Source: Thermoanaerobaculia bacterium
GTDB lineage: Bacteria > Acidobacteriota > Thermoanaerobaculia > UBA5066
Direction of reading: 5' to 3'
Assembly: GCA_963719225.1 (NCBI GenBank)
Contig: CAVRAY010000001.1
Location: 1,728,001-1,792,000 of the forward strand
Length of the DNA: 64,000 bases
The notes under the pieces are model-generated. The model was not told the origin of the DNA, did no database searches, and saw only the letters and a list, made by a program, of their open reading frames with translations. Position numbers and translations under genes: made by a program. Positions 56,127 to 64,000 of the stretch are shown one piece after another (the stretch's first letter is position 1; each line of letters starts with the position of its first letter).

Positions 56127-57263
56127 ATGAGCGCCGATCTCTCGGTCATCTTCACGGGCATTCAATTCGAGAACCCGTTCCTCCTCGCGTCGGCGCCGCC
56201 CACGGAATCGGACACGAACATCATGCGGGCCTTCGAGGCGGGCTGGGGCGGCGTCGTGACGAAGACGATCGGCCTCCATCCCGTCGTGAACGTCGCCGGC
56301 CCGAAGACGAAGTTCCTCAGGACCGATGCCCGCTCGCCGCGGATCTCGATGAAGGCGCGTCCGGACTCGGTCCTCCACTCCTCGTGGAACTGGGAGCTCA
56401 TCTCCGACAAGCCTCTCGACTGGTGGGTCGGCCGCCTCTCCAAGATCAAGAAAGCGTTCCCGAAGAACGTGCTCGTCGCCTCGATCATGGCGGGATCCGG
56501 CAACGACAAGGAGCTCTCCAACTGGCAGCTCCTCGCGAGGACCTGCCAGGACGAGGGCGTGGACGCCCTCGAGCTGAACTTCTCGTGCCCGCACATGGAC
56601 CGCGACGACATGGGCTCGAACATCGGGAAGTCGAGCGGCCTGACGTCGATCGTCACGAAGGCCGTCAAGGAGGTCTCGAAGGTGCCGGTGTGGACGAAGT
56701 TGACGCCTTCGACGACCGATATCGCAGTGGAGGCAGGCGCCGCGTTCCGCGGCGGCGCGGACGCGATCACGTCGTCGAACACGTTTCCGTCGATCCCCCT
56801 CGTCGATCCCGAGACGCTCGACTTCGAGATGAACGTGGACGGCTACACATCCTCCGGCGGCCTCGGCGGACCCGCGATCCTGCCGCTCGCGCTCGCGAAG
56901 ATGGCCCAGATGACGCGCGCCTTCCCCGACAAGTCCTTCTCCGGCATCGGCGGCATCTCGGACTTCTCGCACGCGCTCAACTACTTCCTCCTCGGGTGCG
57001 GCACCGTGCAGGTGTGCACGGCCGCGATGCTGGACCACGCGATCGGCCCGAACGTGATCAAGACGCTCAAGCAGGGGATGGCCGAGTTCCTCGAGAAGAA
57101 CGCCGACAAGGGGTGGAAGTCTCTCGAGGGCTTTCGCGGGCTCCGTCGCGACCGCGTCGTGCCGCAGTCACAGATCCGTCGCCCGAACCCGGGCGAATAC
57201 CACGGCGGGCACGAGGCCGAAGGCTACGCGGCGCCCGAGCCGGTTATCTCGACGAAGGAGTAG
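56127..57263 (+). CDS. preA: Dihydropyrimidine dehydrogenase PreA-like subunit lacking the C-terminal ferredoxin domain
   Basis: NPFLLASAPPT, GWGGVVTKT, NWELISD, ELNFSCPH, KLTP, VQVCTAAM. Confidence 0.85.
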   Translation: MSADLSVIFTGIQFENPFLLASAPPTESDTNIMRAFEAGWGGVVTKTIGLHPVVNVAGPKTKFLRTDARSPRISMKARPDSVLHSSWNWELISDKPLDWWVGRLSKIKKAFPKNVLVASIMAGSGNDKELSNWQLLARTCQDEGVDALELNFSCPHMDRDDMGSNIGKSSGLTSIVTKAVKEVSKVPVWTKLTPSTTDIAVEAGAAFRGGADAITSSNTFPSIPLVDPETLDFEMNVDGYTSSGGLGGPAILPLALAKMAQMTRAFPDKSFSGIGGISDFSHALNYFLLGCGTVQVCTAAMLDHAIGPNVIKTLKQGMAEFLEKNADKGWKSLEGFRGLRRDRVVPQSQIRRPNPGEYHGGHEAEGYAAPEPVISTKE

Positions 57264-57265
57264 CC

Positions 57266-62917
<5,652 letters not shown>

Positions 62918-62979
62918 GCGTGCGCGACCGCTAGGGCCGTTCGATTCCTGTGTCTGATGCGCGGGATCTTAACCCTCTT

Positions 62980-64000
62980 CTATTCGTACCGGAGCGCTTC
63001 GATCGGGTCGAGGCGTGAAGCCTTGAGGGCGGGATAGAAACCGAAGCCCACGCCGACGAGGGCCGAGAAGACGACCGCCATGACGATCGCCTGCGGCTGG
63101 ATCGAGACGGGCCAGCCCGCCAGGCGCGCGACGAGGTGCTGGATCCCGAGCCCGGTCGCGACCCCTGCCGCGCCGCCGGTCACGGCGAGCGCGATCGCCT
63201 CGACGAGGAACTGCGCCTGGATGTCGCGGCCCTTGGCGCCGATCGCCATCCGGACGCCGATCTCGCGCGTCCGCTCGGTCACCGAGACGAGCATGATGTT
63301 CATGATGCCGATGCCGCCCACGAGGAGCGACACGCCTGCGATCGACCAGAGGAGCGCGCTCATCGTCTTGCTCCTGGCCTCCGCCTGCTGGATCATCTCC
63401 GTCTGCGACCGGATGATGAAGTCGTCCTCCTGGCCCGCAGCCTTGTTGATCCGGTGCCGCTGGCGGAGAAGCGCCGTGAGCTCCTCCTGCGCGCGGGTCA
63501 CGAGCTCGTCCGATGCGGCCGAGACGAGGATCTGGCCGACCGCGGTCGTGCCCATGAGCTTCTTGCGCACCGTCTCGTAAGGCGCGACGACGAGGTCGTC
63601 CTGGTCCTGGCCCTGCGTCGAGCCGCCCTTGGACTCGAGGACTCCCGCGACCCTGAACGGGATGTTCTTGATGCGAATCGTCTTGCCGACCGGATCCTCG
63701 TCGCCGAAGAGGGTCGTGGCGACGGTCTGGCCGAGCACGCAGACCTTCGCGGCAGCGTGGTCGTCCTGATCGGTGAAGAACTGGCCGGAGGCGAGGTTCC
63801 ACGAGCGAACGAGCGGCCAGTCGACCTGGGCTCCCTGAATGGACGTCGACCAGTTCTGGTTCCCGTAGATGACCTGCGCGACGGTCCGGATCGAGGCCGA
63901 GACGTACGAGATGGTCGACACCTCCCGGCGGATCGCATCCACGTCGTCCTCGGAGAGCTTCGAGCTGGCCCCGAAGCCGGCTCGCGCGCCGGAGGACGTG
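62980..64000 (-). CDS. MacB-like ABC permease, 5' end outside window
   Basis: VGGIGIMNIMLVSVTERTREIG, LDPIEALRYE; intact frame. Confidence 0.9.
   Translation of the reverse strand, partial: TSSGARAGFGASSKLSEDDVDAIRREVSTISYVSASIRTVAQVIYGNQNWSTSIQGAQVDWPLVRSWNLASGQFFTDQDDHAAAKVCVLGQTVATTLFGDEDPVGKTIRIKNIPFRVAGVLESKGGSTQGQDQDDLVVAPYETVRKKLMGTTAVGQILVSAASDELVTRAQEELTALLRQRHRINKAAGQEDDFIIRSQTEMIQQAEARSKTMSALLWSIAGVSLLVGGIGIMNIMLVSVTERTREIGVRMAIGAKGRDIQAQFLVEAIALAVTGGAAGVATGLGIQHLVARLAGWPVSIQPQAIVMAVVFSALVGVGFGFYPALKASRLDPIEALRYE

Overview
High-GC bacterial chromosomal window. Gene content (several Ser/Thr kinases, a TolB-type kinase, a wHTH-FHA regulator, a PKD surface protein) suggests Acidobacteriota, probably Thermoanaerobaculia-like (inference). 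About 52 CDS. They include a nucleoside salvage operon (NupC, PNP, Cdd, amidohydrolase, Pdp), kinase signalling loci, a coupled kinase-FGE / Lcp-MpaB oxygenase / TonB receptor / membrane protein operon, and ABC-F-cinA-plsY-gpsA. A metal (probably zinc) scavenging island carries a His-rich protein, ZnuACB-like ABC, a DUF2946/CruR-like CxxC...RSPP uORF before a TonB receptor, HupE/UreJ and Zn-ribbon-free L28/L33. Further on are an SthA-DUF429 fusion, a heavily frameshifted MacAB-like cassette, SOD, peptidases, two SCO proteins, pyrimidine catabolism genes and a 1883-aa kinase-AAA-TPR-2xSBP5 protein. The most striking unexplained signal is a dispersed AT-rich motif, approximately (purine tract)-GATTT(N0-3)CTTNGAARG. 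By eye it occurs about 14 times, both intergenically and inside genes in different reading frames, often as convergent pairs 85-190 bp apart, and it visibly distorts the encoded proteins. Many genes also look leaderless (TAnnnT 6-7 nt before the start codon). No rRNA, tRNA, CRISPR array, transposase or integrase was recognised. All family assignments come from motif recognition by eye, not from database searches.
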